Shown here piece after piece: positions 1 to 8,892 of a stretch of DNA of 31,476 nucleotides (positions within the stretch are counted from its first letter, which is position 1; every line of letters begins with the position of its first letter). The stretch covers positions 1 to 31,476 of the forward strand of contig JBGQHJ010000042.1 in NCBI GenBank assembly GCA_041497895.1, in the 5' to 3' direction. This DNA is from Candidatus Methylomirabilia bacterium (GTDB lineage: Bacteria > Methylomirabilota > Methylomirabilia > Rokubacteriales > CSP1-6). The notes beneath the pieces were generated by a model that had not been told where the DNA came from, made no database searches, and worked only from the letters and a program-made list of their open reading frames with translations. The translations under genes were made by a program, and so were the position numbers.

Positions 1-1
1 C

Positions 2-748
2 CTGTCCAACATCTTCCGCCGGCTGGTGGCGGTGTGCCTCAAGCGGGGCGCGGTCCCGATCGGCGGCATGGCCACCGCGCTGCCCAACCCCGACCCGGAG
101 GTCAACCGGGTGGCCGCGGAGTCCATCCGGGCCGACAAGGTCTGGGAGGCGGAGCAGGGCTTCATCCGCGCCTGGGTCGCCCACATCTTCCACATGAAGG
201 CGGCGGCCGAGCCCTTCAAGCGCGTGCACGGGAGCGGGGCCTGGAAGCCGAGGCCCGAGATGACGAACCCGGACAGCTACCCGGTGCGCATCGAGGTGCC
301 GGCGGGCCCCATCACGGTCGAGGGCACGCGCCGCAACGCCCGGATGCTCATCGAGTACGTGGAGGGGTGGTTGCAGGGGCGCGGGGCCAAGGGCATCGAC
401 AGCCTGGCCGGCAAGCCCGGCATCCATCCGGCCCTGATGGAAGACCTGGCCACCGGGCGCATGTCGGTGGCCCAGATCGCGCAACGCATTCGCCACCGGG
501 CGAAGACCACACAGGGGCCCGAGGCGATCCACGACGTGGCGCTGGTCAAGCGGCTGCTGCAGGAAGAGGTCGAGGACATCCTGCGCCTGATGAAGGGTCG
601 CGACGCGGAGACCGAGGCGCGCTACCGGAAGGCGGTCAAGATCGCGCTGCAGTGGATCCGGAACTACACCGAGCTCGACTACCGCAGCCTCGGCTCCTAC
701 ACCCGCGCCGACCTCGAGAAGATCGCCGCCGCCCCCGACCCTTTGTAA
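2..748 (+). CDS. aceB: Malate synthase (MSA-like), C-terminal part; 5' end lies outside the window
   Basis: Frame is open from position 2. Motifs CLKRGAVPIGGMA, IRADKVWEA..G...WVAH, YVEGWL.GRG and LMEDLAT (catalytic Asp) follow the order seen in malate synthase A. TAA at 746-748. Confidence 0.8.
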   Translation: MSNIFRRLVAVCLKRGAVPIGGMATALPNPDPEVNRVAAESIRADKVWEAEQGFIRAWVAHIFHMKAAAEPFKRVHGSGAWKPRPEMTNPDSYPVRIEVPAGPITVEGTRRNARMLIEYVEGWLQGRGAKGIDSLAGKPGIHPALMEDLATGRMSVAQIAQRIRHRAKTTQGPEAIHDVALVKRLLQEEVEDILRLMKGRDAETEARYRKAVKIALQWIRNYTELDYRSLGSYTRADLEKIAAAPDPL

Positions 749-758
749 GGGTAGCTCC

Positions 759-798
759 CACCCTATATCCCTCTCCCCTCAGGGGAGAGGGCAGGGTG
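759..798. repeat. REP-like palindrome between convergent genes; possible bidirectional terminator or RNA stabiliser
   Basis: Perfect 11-bp arms CCCTCTCCCCT-C-AGGGGAGAGGG at 769-791, extended by CACCCT (759-764) pairing with AGGGTG (793-798). GGTGAGGGGCGG is repeated directly at 795-806 and 812-823. Confidence 0.75.
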
Positions 799-846
799 AG
801 GGGCGGTTCGCGGTGAGGGGCGGCGTTCAGCAGACGGCTCACCCCC

Positions 847-3588
847 TCAAGCCGCCGAAGAGCTCTCGATCACCGGCACCTCCGCCGCCGCGGGCCTGAG
901 CAGCTGCAGCACCACCGGCAGCACCACCAGCGACGCCACCAGCCCGCAGAACGAGCCCAGGGTGAGCAGGAGGCCCAGGCTGAAGATGCCCTGGTGCGAG
1001 GCGATCATCAGGCTCCCGAAGCCGACCATGGTGGTGAGGCCGTTCAGCAGGACCCCCATCACCGCGCTGCGGGCGAGGAGGTGGCCCGGGTGGGTGCGGA
1101 CCTCGAGATGGCTCACGATCACGTTGAGCCCGAACTCGGCCGCGGTGCCGGTGATGAGCGGCAGGCCCCAGATGTTGGCCAGGTTGAAGCGGATCCCGCA
1201 GACCTGCATGAGCCCGATCGTCCACAGCAGCGCCAGCACCATCGGGATCAGGGCGAGCATGCTCTCGCGCAGGCGACGGATCATGAAGATGCTCAGCCCG
1301 CCCACCAGCACGAAGGCGTAGAGGGTGCCGGTGAGGTAGGCGCGCTCCATCAGCACGGTGGCCTCGTAGGTGATGACCGGCGGGCCGGTGACGTCGGGAT
1401 CGACGGTGCGCAGCTCGCGCACGAACTGGGCCGCCCCCGCCTTCTCCCAGATGTCCACCTTCGGCTGGATCTGGATGAGGAACCGTCCGCTCTCGCCGAT
1501 GAACTTGCGGCGCAGCTCGTCGGGCACGTCCTTGATGGTCACGGTGGTCGGGCTCAGGTTCCGCTGCAGGCCGTAGAACTTGCTCACGAAGTCGCGGTAG
1601 AGCTGGGCCTGCAGGTAGTTGAGCGCGGCCTCCGCGGAGTCGCGCTTGCTCTTGTCGAGCAGGCGCATCACCGCGATGGTCTTGTCCCGGACCACCCGGA
1701 TCTCGGGGGGTAGCTTGGTGCCCGCCTCGGCCGCGACCACGTCGAACCGCCGCTTGATGTCGGCCAGTGCCTTCTTGAGCCGGTCGAGGTCGACCGGGCT
1801 CGAGTGGCCGACCCGGATCGGAGCCACCAGCGGGGCGAAGCTCTTGATGATCGCGATCTTCTCGGCCTGATCGTCGGGGATGACCCGGAGCACCGAGTCA
1901 ACGTCGGAGACCGACGGCAGCTTCTCGAAGGCGGCCTGCTTGGCCCGCAGCTCGTCCAGCGACGAGGCGGAGGACAGCCCGTTGAAGCCGGACCGGCCGG
2001 TGCCGGCCAGGATGCGACGCTCCCACGCCACCGACTCGGTGCCCCGGGCCTGGAGGTTGAGCACGTTGTAGTCGAAGCCCACGTGCGGAACCGCCCAGAT
2101 CGCGAGCGCGGTGGCCACCCCGGCCCCGGTCAGCACGGTGCGGGGGAAGGTGACCAGGCGCTCGAGGACCGGAACCCGGATGCGCTCGAGCTGGTGGGCA
2201 CGCGGGCGGCGCTGCCGGGGGCGCTCCGCGTGGTGGGCGTCGACGAACATGAGGACCGCGGGGAACAGGGTCATCATCCCGAGCCAGGCGATGAGGATCG
2301 CGAGGCCCGCGATCAGGCCGAGTTCCTGGATACCTCGGAAGTCGGTGAGCATCAGGACGAAGAACGTCCCGGCGGCGGTCAGCGCGCCGATCAGCATGCC
2401 GGGTCCGGTGCGCGCCGCGCTCAGCTCGAGGGCCTCCCGCAGGTTGCGGCCGAGGAAGATCTCCTCCTCGTAGCGGAAGAGGTAGTAGATGCCGTAGTCG
2501 ATGCCGATGCCGACCACGATCGAGATGAACATGACCGAGAACAGGGTCAGGTGGCCGACCACCAGGGTGACCACGCCCATCGACCAGGCGAGGGTCACCG
2601 CGAGCACCACCAGCATCAGCACCGGCTTGCCCACCCGCATGAAGGCCAAGGTCATGACCACCAGGGTGAGCGCGAACGCGAGCACGTCGGAGATGCCGCT
2701 GTCGTGGAAGGCGGCGGTCATCTCGTCGTTGGAGAGCGCGGGCGCCCCGGTCACGCCGGCCTGCACGTTCGGGAAGGCGGGCCGCAGCCGGGCGATGGCG
2801 CCGCGGATCGTCTCGATCGCGGCCTGGTCTCCGGTGAAGCTGGCCTGCTCGCTGGGCGGGGTCTCGACCAGGATGAAGAGCAGGCTCTTGTCCTCGGAGA
2901 GGAAGTAGCCCGCGTCGTCGGGTGGGTCCTCTCCGAAGGAGAACAGGGTGCCCCAGGGCGAGCGATAGGGCGCGGGGCGCTCCAGGCGGCTCGCCACCTG
3001 GTCCAGCAGCACGCGCAGGAAGCGCGTGTCCACCGGGAGATCCTTGTCTTGTAGTCCGATGTCGAAGAGGTTCGACACGAAGGCGGCGGCCATCTGGGTG
3101 TTCACGCCCTCGAGCAGGCGGGCCAGGCTCGGGTCGCCCGCGAAGCTCTCCATGAACTCCTGGTGGTCGAAGATCTTGTCGCGGATCTCGCGCAGCTCCC
3201 GGGTGGACAGGTAGAGGAGCTGGCGGCCCTCGAAGCGCTTGGGGTCGATGCGGTAGGCGATGCGGTGGAACTTGACCGGGCCCTGCTGCAGCTCCTCGGT
3301 GAGCCGCGCCGCGTAGGCGCGCGCCCCCTCGAACGAGCCGGCCTCCACCACCACCACGATGTCCTCGAGCTCGCCGAACTCCTTGGCATACTCGGCGTAG
3401 CGCACCACGAAGCCCGCGTCCTGGGGCAGGAGCGAGCGGGTGGAGGTCTTGAAGGTGAGGGCCTGCATGGTGTAGACGACCGCCAGCACCGCGAGGAGCA
3501 CGGAGATGGCGACGGTGACCGCGGGCCGGCGGCAGGAGAGCCGGACCAGCCGGCGCAGCAAGCGGCCGGTGCGGGAGATGGCGACCAT
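847..3588 (-). CDS. hpnN: MMPL/RND-family transporter, hopanoid-associated (HpnN-like)
   Basis: 913 aa with two repeats of 1 TM + large periplasmic domain + 5 TM. Motifs GIGIDYGIY and VTGPPVI. Hopanoid-cluster context. Confidence 0.85.
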   Translation of the reverse strand: MVAISRTGRLLRRLVRLSCRRPAVTVAISVLLAVLAVVYTMQALTFKTSTRSLLPQDAGFVVRYAEYAKEFGELEDIVVVVEAGSFEGARAYAARLTEELQQGPVKFHRIAYRIDPKRFEGRQLLYLSTRELREIRDKIFDHQEFMESFAGDPSLARLLEGVNTQMAAAFVSNLFDIGLQDKDLPVDTRFLRVLLDQVASRLERPAPYRSPWGTLFSFGEDPPDDAGYFLSEDKSLLFILVETPPSEQASFTGDQAAIETIRGAIARLRPAFPNVQAGVTGAPALSNDEMTAAFHDSGISDVLAFALTLVVMTLAFMRVGKPVLMLVVLAVTLAWSMGVVTLVVGHLTLFSVMFISIVVGIGIDYGIYYLFRYEEEIFLGRNLREALELSAARTGPGMLIGALTAAGTFFVLMLTDFRGIQELGLIAGLAILIAWLGMMTLFPAVLMFVDAHHAERPRQRRPRAHQLERIRVPVLERLVTFPRTVLTGAGVATALAIWAVPHVGFDYNVLNLQARGTESVAWERRILAGTGRSGFNGLSSASSLDELRAKQAAFEKLPSVSDVDSVLRVIPDDQAEKIAIIKSFAPLVAPIRVGHSSPVDLDRLKKALADIKRRFDVVAAEAGTKLPPEIRVVRDKTIAVMRLLDKSKRDSAEAALNYLQAQLYRDFVSKFYGLQRNLSPTTVTIKDVPDELRRKFIGESGRFLIQIQPKVDIWEKAGAAQFVRELRTVDPDVTGPPVITYEATVLMERAYLTGTLYAFVLVGGLSIFMIRRLRESMLALIPMVLALLWTIGLMQVCGIRFNLANIWGLPLITGTAAEFGLNVIVSHLEVRTHPGHLLARSAVMGVLLNGLTTMVGFGSLMIASHQGIFSLGLLLTLGSFCGLVASLVVLPVVLQLLRPAAAEVPVIESSSAA

Positions 3589-3628
3589 TAGCAGTCCCGG
3601 GGAGCGGTGCCGACGGCGGACGGCGGGG

Positions 3629-4702
3629 CTAGTCCGCGCCGCTGATGAACTTTTCCAGGCGCGTCCGCGCCACCTCGTCGGACCACTGCTCGGGCGGAGA
3701 CTTCATGAGATAGGCCGACGGCGCGAGCAGCGCGCCCTTGATGCCGCGGTCCATCGCGATCTTGCAGGAGCGGATCGCGTCGATCACGACTCCCGCCGAG
3801 TTGGGGGAGTCCCACACCTCGAGCTTCAGCTCCACGTTGATGGGCTGGTCGCCGAAGCTGCGGCCCTCGAGCCGGATGTGGGCCCACTTGCGGTCGGCCA
3901 GCCACGGTACGTAGTCGCTCGGCCCGATGTGGATGTTGTCGTCGGCCATATCGTGGGCGAGCTGGGAGCGCACCGCGTCGGTCTTGGAGATTTTCTTGGA
4001 GGCGAGGCGCTCGCGCTCGAGCATGTTGTAGAAGTCGGTGTTGCCGCCCACGTTGAGCTGGCTCGTTCGCTCGAGGCGCACCCCGCGGTCCATGAAGAGC
4101 TTGGTGAGGACCCGGTGGATGATGGTGGCCCCCACCTGCGACTTCACGTCGTCGCCCACGATCGGCAGCCCCCGGTCCTCGAAGCGCCGCCGCCAGTAGT
4201 TCTCCCGGGCGATGAACACCGGGATGCAGTTGACGAAGCCGCAGCCCGCGTCGAGCACCTGCTCCACGTACCACTTGGTGGCCATCTCGCTGCCCACCGG
4301 CAGGAAGTTCACCACCACGTCGGTGCGCGTCTCGCGCAGGATCTGGGTGATGTCGGCGGTGGTGCCGGGCGCCTTGGTGATGATCTGCGAGAGGTAGTGG
4401 CCGAGCCCGTCGTGGGTCATGCCCCGCTGCACCGGCACGTCCAGACGCGGGACCTCCCCGAAGCGCACCGTGTTGTTCGGCTTGGCCCAGATGGCCTCCG
4501 ACAGGTCGAGCCCGACCTTGTTGACGTCGATGTCGAAGGCGGCCGAGAACTCGATGTCGCCCACGTGATAGCCGCCGAGGCGGGGCCGCATCAGCCCCGG
4601 GATGAAGCCGTCGTCGGCGACGCCCTTGTAGTAGTGGACCCCCTGGACGAGGGCGGACGCGCAGTTACCGACGCCGACGACCGCAACGCGAACAGATCCC
4701 AC
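3629..4702 (-). CDS. ino1: myo-inositol-1(3)-phosphate synthase
   Basis: [55 protein letters not shown] start with GAGGAGG Shine-Dalgarno (SD) upstream. Confidence 0.95.
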   Translation of the reverse strand: MGSVRVAVVGVGNCASALVQGVHYYKGVADDGFIPGLMRPRLGGYHVGDIEFSAAFDIDVNKVGLDLSEAIWAKPNNTVRFGEVPRLDVPVQRGMTHDGLGHYLSQIITKAPGTTADITQILRETRTDVVVNFLPVGSEMATKWYVEQVLDAGCGFVNCIPVFIARENYWRRRFEDRGLPIVGDDVKSQVGATIIHRVLTKLFMDRGVRLERTSQLNVGGNTDFYNMLERERLASKKISKTDAVRSQLAHDMADDNIHIGPSDYVPWLADRKWAHIRLEGRSFGDQPINVELKLEVWDSPNSAGVVIDAIRSCKIAMDRGIKGALLAPSAYLMKSPPEQWSDEVARTRLEKFISGAD

Positions 4703-4749
4703 AGACGCCTCCTCGGAGAATCGCCGCCGCGAACGGCGGCACTGAGAAT

Positions 4750-4765
4750 TTCATGAAGTCTAGCA
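4750..4765 (-). promoter_or_regulatory. Putative extended -10 promoter (TG-C-TAGACT) for ino1-hpnN
   Basis: Minus strand reads TGCTAGACT (4765-4757) in an AT-richer intergenic patch, adjacent to palindrome TTCATGAA (4750-4757). No good -35. Confidence 0.45.
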
Positions 4766-4789
4766 CAGGGCCCGAGGGCCCGCCTCAAC

Positions 4790-5785
4790 CTACGCGCGCG
4801 GCTCCTCGGGTCGGGGCAGCAGGCGGGCGCGGTCGGAGACCCCCAGGGCCAGGAAGCCCACGCCGGCCCACGCCATCTCGCGCAGCCGGCGCACGAGCAC
4901 GAAGGAGAGCCCGGACGTCGCGGCGAGCCCGAAGGCCTCGAAGAAGGCGACGTAGCCGCCCTCGAGGGCGCCGAGCGAGGCGGGCACCATGAAGCTCGCG
5001 AACTTCACGCCCCCCGCGAAGGACTCGATGATCAGCGCGGTCCCGAGCGGGATCGGCGTGCCCAGCAGGCCCAGCACGATGTAGATCTCGAGCCCGCCGC
5101 TGGCCCAGGCGACCGCGTGGACCAGGGCGGAGGCGACGAGGCGACGGCGGCCCTGCCGGTAGAGCGCGGCCAGGGCTCGGTCGAGATCGCCCAGGCCCTG
5201 CAGATAGCGCTCCCCGCCGAAGCCCACCCGGGCCCCGATCCGTCCGAGCACCCGTCCGCCGCCTCCGAGCCCGCCGCTGGCCTGCACGAGCGCGAACCCC
5301 CTGATGGCGACGATCTCGACCGCCAGCAGCCCGGTCATGATCGGGAGCAGCCGGCTCGACGGCGGGAGCGCGGCGCGCGCGGCCAGGAGGCCTCCGGCGA
5401 GGAAGACGATCTGTCCCACCACGATGGTGGTCTTGTCGGCGATGACCGACACGAGGCCATCGAGCAGCGGCACGTGCGGTCTCAGGAGGAAGGCCTTCAC
5501 CGGCTCGCCGCCCACCGCCATGGTCGGGGTGGCCAGGTTGATCGCCTCCCCGGCCAGCCGCGCGCGGAAGACCAGCCCCAGGGGCACCGGTCCGGGCAGG
5601 AGGAGGCGCCAGGCGATCGTGTCCACGAGCCCGGCCAGCGCGTAAGGAAAGGCGAGCACGAGCGGCAGCCGCCACCCGAGCGTGACGAACGACGACCAGA
5701 TCGCGGCCGGACCGATCTGCGCGACCAGGTAGCCGACCACGGCCAGCCCGGCCAGCACCAGCAGCGGGCGGAGCCAGCGCGACAC
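4790..5785 (-). CDS. Flippase-like membrane protein (lysylphosphatidylglycerol-synthase TM / UPF0104 family)
   Basis: Multi-TM protein with RLAGEAIN...P....GGEPVKAFLL and VPASLGALEGG. True start taken as GTG at 5785, overlapping the upstream TAG (TAGTG). The N-terminal extension in the ORF track is a shadow of the upstream gene. Confidence 0.85.
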   Translation of the reverse strand: MSRWLRPLLVLAGLAVVGYLVAQIGPAAIWSSFVTLGWRLPLVLAFPYALAGLVDTIAWRLLLPGPVPLGLVFRARLAGEAINLATPTMAVGGEPVKAFLLRPHVPLLDGLVSVIADKTTIVVGQIVFLAGGLLAARAALPPSSRLLPIMTGLLAVEIVAIRGFALVQASGGLGGGGRVLGRIGARVGFGGERYLQGLGDLDRALAALYRQGRRRLVASALVHAVAWASGGLEIYIVLGLLGTPIPLGTALIIESFAGGVKFASFMVPASLGALEGGYVAFFEAFGLAATSGLSFVLVRRLREMAWAGVGFLALGVSDRARLLPRPEEPRA

Positions 5786-6978
5786 TAGGCGATGCGTCCG
5801 CGGCCCAGTCGCCGGATGCGCGCCAGGCAGCCCACCCAGTACGCCTGCGATCCCACCGCGACCACCGCGGCGACCGCGCCCACCAGCGAGGGGGCCAGCA
5901 GCCGGAGCGTCGCCGCTCCGAGCAGCACCAGGTAGAAGAGGTCGCGGTTGGCGATGTTGCGCAGCACCCCGCCCACGGTGGGGCCGATCTCGATCTCGCG
6001 GGGCAGGTAGCGCGCGAAGAGCGCGCTCAGGGTCACCCCGGCCGCGCCCAGCAGGCCCAGCCCGAGCATGACCGGGCCCCCCGCGGTCACGCCGATGCCC
6101 AGCACGAGGCCGGCGTGAATCAGCGTGTCGATGGTCCAGTCGAGGATGGCCCCGAAGCGGGACTCCTGGAAGGTGAGCCGGGCCAGCTCGCCGTCCGCGT
6201 GGTCGATGATGCAGGCGAGCGCGTAGAGGAGGACGCCCGCGAACGCGCTCGTCGGCGTGGCGGGCCAGAAGCACCAGATCGCGCCCAGGCCGATGGCCAG
6301 GCTCGCGACGCTCACGTGGTTGGGCGTGAGATCCGACCGCACGAGGAGCCGTGTGATCCAGCGGGAGCACCGGCGGTGCAGGTACCGGTCCATCCCGGAG
6401 TCGGCGGGGATGGAGAGCGTCGCCCGCAGGGCCTCCTCCGCGCGAGCCAGGCTCGCTTCGTCGCGCACGTCGACGTAGGGGCCCGTCGCGGCACAGGGCG
6501 TGGCCTCCGTCTCGCGCAGCCAGCGCGCGAGCTCGCGCCCCACCGGCCGGCCCCCGGCCAGATCCTTCCACCGTGTGGGCCAGAGCGCGGCGGGCGGCGG
6601 CGGCACCAGCGCCACCGGCGCCGTCCCGGCGGCCGATTCGGCCAGCATCGCCGGCCGGGAGGGAGATGCGGCGAGCAGACCCTCCAGCGCGCTCACGTGG
6701 ATCAGCGCGGAGGCGGGGAGCAGGAGCCATCGGGCGGGGGCGTCCGCGGGCACCTCGGCGCCCGGGTCGAGCCAGTGGAGCGCGGCGGCCAGCGCGGGCA
6801 TCCGGCGCAGCGCGCGGTCCACCGCGGCGTCGCGCAGGGCCGACGGCACCACGATGCGGGACGCGCCGGCCCGGAGGGCCGCCACCATCGTGCGCACCGC
6901 GAGGGTGCGCCCGCAGACGGCAGTGGCCGCTAGCCGCTCGGCGGCGGCGTCGGGGAAATAGAGGAGCGCCCGGACCAC
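5785..6978 (-). CDS. CDP-alcohol phosphotransferase with a degenerate N-terminal nucleotidyltransferase-like domain (IPCT/DIPPS-like architecture)
   Basis: Signature DHADGELAR-x8-GAILDWTID (DxxDGxxAR...GxxxDxxxD), preceded by DRYLHRRCSR and LTPNHVS. The soluble N-terminus VCGRTLAVRTMVAALRAGASRIVV lacks the G-x-G-x-R loop. Confidence 0.88.
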   Translation of the reverse strand: MVRALLYFPDAAAERLAATAVCGRTLAVRTMVAALRAGASRIVVPSALRDAAVDRALRRMPALAAALHWLDPGAEVPADAPARWLLLPASALIHVSALEGLLAASPSRPAMLAESAAGTAPVALVPPPPAALWPTRWKDLAGGRPVGRELARWLRETEATPCAATGPYVDVRDEASLARAEEALRATLSIPADSGMDRYLHRRCSRWITRLLVRSDLTPNHVSVASLAIGLGAIWCFWPATPTSAFAGVLLYALACIIDHADGELARLTFQESRFGAILDWTIDTLIHAGLVLGIGVTAGGPVMLGLGLLGAAGVTLSALFARYLPREIEIGPTVGGVLRNIANRDLFYLVLLGAATLRLLAPSLVGAVAAVVAVGSQAYWVGCLARIRRLGRGRIA

Positions 6979-6979
6979 A

Positions 6980-7720
6980 TCAGGGCCCGAGGCGCTCGAT
7001 CTTGGGGAGGATCTGCGTCTCGGCGCGGCGCAGGTCTTCCGCGAAATCCACCTCGGTCCACGGCAGGCCTGTCACGTCGACCCAGCCCACCGGTACGCGG
7101 GCAAGCAGGCGGTGGAGGGCGTCCTCGTACTCGTTGGCGCCGCCGGTCTCCCGGATGGACTCCTCCATCAGGCGGATGTACTCGGGGGCATGCGCCGGGC
7201 TGCACTTGAAGAAGCCGACACCCTCGCCGACCACGTCCCAGGACTGGGGGACGAGCTTCTTGCCGAGAGCGATCACGCGGTCGGCCACCGCGTAGAGCTT
7301 CACTTCCTCCCCGGTGTCCTGGAAGCCGCGATCGAGCAGCAGGGCGCTCGCGGCGGGCGAATCGATCAGCCCGCGCAGGAAGCGATCGGGGAAGAGCACG
7401 TCGGCGTCCATGATCAGGGTGCTGTCGCGGAGGAGGGTCTCCCGCGCGCACCACAGCGAGAGGATCGAGCCCTTCTGGTAGTCCGGGTTCTCCACGTAGC
7501 CGATGCGCATCGCTCCCCGCGCGGAGCCCGCCGCGGCCCGCACCTGGTCCTGGCAATGGCCCAGCACCAGGACCGACTCGTCCACCCCGCCGGCCGCGAG
7601 GGCGTCCAGCATGCGGTCGAGCAGGGAGCGCCCGCCCACCGGGAGCAGGCACTTGTGGGTGTGGTCGGTGAGCGGCGCCAGCCGCCGCGCGACCCCCGCG
7701 GCCAGGATGACCGCCTTCAC
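6980..7720 (-). CDS. Nucleotidyltransferase of the phosphocholine/phosphonate/inositol-phosphate cytidylyltransferase (LicC/PntC/IPCT-like) family
   Basis: MKAVILAAGVARRL.P.T...HKCLL, IMDADV, EEVK, GEGVGF, WTEVDFAEDL. GTG start overlaps the upstream TGA (GTGA). Confidence 0.88.
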   Translation of the reverse strand: MKAVILAAGVARRLAPLTDHTHKCLLPVGGRSLLDRMLDALAAGGVDESVLVLGHCQDQVRAAAGSARGAMRIGYVENPDYQKGSILSLWCARETLLRDSTLIMDADVLFPDRFLRGLIDSPAASALLLDRGFQDTGEEVKLYAVADRVIALGKKLVPQSWDVVGEGVGFFKCSPAHAPEYIRLMEESIRETGGANEYEDALHRLLARVPVGWVDVTGLPWTEVDFAEDLRRAETQILPKIERLGP

Positions 7721-8892
7721 CGGCGCGTCCCGAAGCAGGTGCGGAAGCGGTCGCGGATCTCCTCGGGCGGGTAGGGGATGCGGGGCGCGGGCTGCTCCTC
7801 GGCGGTGACGCGGGCCAGGATGAAGCTGGGCCCGCCGCCGGCCAGCGCGGTGGTCACCGCACCGTGAATCTCGTCGGTGCCCGCCACCGCGACGCTCCGC
7901 TCGTAGCCGGCGGCCCGCGCGATCCGGTGCAGGCCCACCGCGCGGGAGGGCGAGGCCTGGTTGCCGGTCGAGCCGTAGAGCGCGTTGTCGAAGACCACGT
8001 GCACGAGGTTGGCGGGCCGCTGCCGGCCCATCACCGGGCCGCCGCCGATCATCGGCAGGATGCCCAGGCTCATGAGCAGGTTGCCGTCACCGTCGAAGAC
8101 CACGGTGGGCCGGGCGGGCACCGCGAGGGCCACGCCCAGGCCGATGGCGGAGGCCATGCCCATCGAGCCGATCATGTAGAAGTTCTCGGGTCGGTCCTTG
8201 ACCGCGAACGACTCGCGGCAGATGTAGCCGTTGGCGTGCACCACCGGTTCGGTGCCGAGCGGCGCCACCGCGGCCCGCAGCGCCTCGAAGCGCGAGATGC
8301 GCGGGGCGGGAAGCGGGCCGTCCGAGCCGGTCGGGAGAGCGATCGGCGTGGCCCCGGCGCTCGGCGCGGCGGCCGGATGCGACGCGGTGTCGAGCACGCC
8401 GGGAGGCAGGAGCAGCGCGACCGGCTGGCTCAGCCGGTCCGACTCGGCGCGGCCCCAGGCGACGTCCTCCGCGATGGTCGCAGCGGAGAGGACCCGGTGC
8501 GGGATGCGCATCATCTCGAGCAGGCCGGGCGAGATCTCGCCCATCAGCAGGTGCTCCGGCGCGTCCTTGCCCCCGTGGCCGCGCCAGGTCACCAGCAGCA
8601 GCGCGGGGAGCCGGTACATCAGCGACAGCGAGACGAGCGCGTTCATGCTCGTGCCGAGCCCCGAGTTCTGCATCAGCACCATCGGCCGACGCCCGGCGAG
8701 CCAGGCCCCGGCCGCGAGCCCCACCGCCACGTCCTCGCGCACCGCCGGCACGTAGGGCAGGCGCGGGTGCCCTTCCAGGGTGGCGATCAGGCTCTCGATC
8801 ATCGAGCAGGGCACGCCGGTGAAGAAGTCGTAGCCCTGCGCTTCCAGCAGGCCGGCCAGCGCGGGCCCGGTCAGGACTTGATCGCCGCCCAT
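7717..8892 (-). CDS. ppd: TPP-dependent phosphonopyruvate decarboxylase-like protein (sulfopyruvate decarboxylase ComDE not excluded)
   Basis: DFFTGVPCS, REDVAVGLAAG, MQNSGLG, WRG...KDAPEH, NFYMIGSMG, TPP motif DGDG...DN, YGSTGNQ. Adjacent to a PEP-mutase-like gene. ATG 8892 chosen; the longer ORF from 9093 is a shadow. Confidence 0.75.
   Translation of the reverse strand: MGGDQVLTGPALAGLLEAQGYDFFTGVPCSMIESLIATLEGHPRLPYVPAVREDVAVGLAAGAWLAGRRPMVLMQNSGLGTSMNALVSLSLMYRLPALLLVTWRGHGGKDAPEHLLMGEISPGLLEMMRIPHRVLSAATIAEDVAWGRAESDRLSQPVALLLPPGVLDTASHPAAAPSAGATPIALPTGSDGPLPAPRISRFEALRAAVAPLGTEPVVHANGYICRESFAVKDRPENFYMIGSMGMASAIGLGVALAVPARPTVVFDGDGNLLMSLGILPMIGGGPVMGRQRPANLVHVVFDNALYGSTGNQASPSRAVGLHRIARAAGYERSVAVAGTDEIHGAVTTALAGGGPSFILARVTAEEQPAPRIPYPPEEIRDRFRTCFGTRR

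Noticed and set aside
3629..7720. Plain di-myo-inositol phosphate (compatible solute) operon
   Set aside because: Not excluded, but a soluble solute would not explain the coupled flippase, lipid transporters and phosphonate genes, so it is not the preferred reading.
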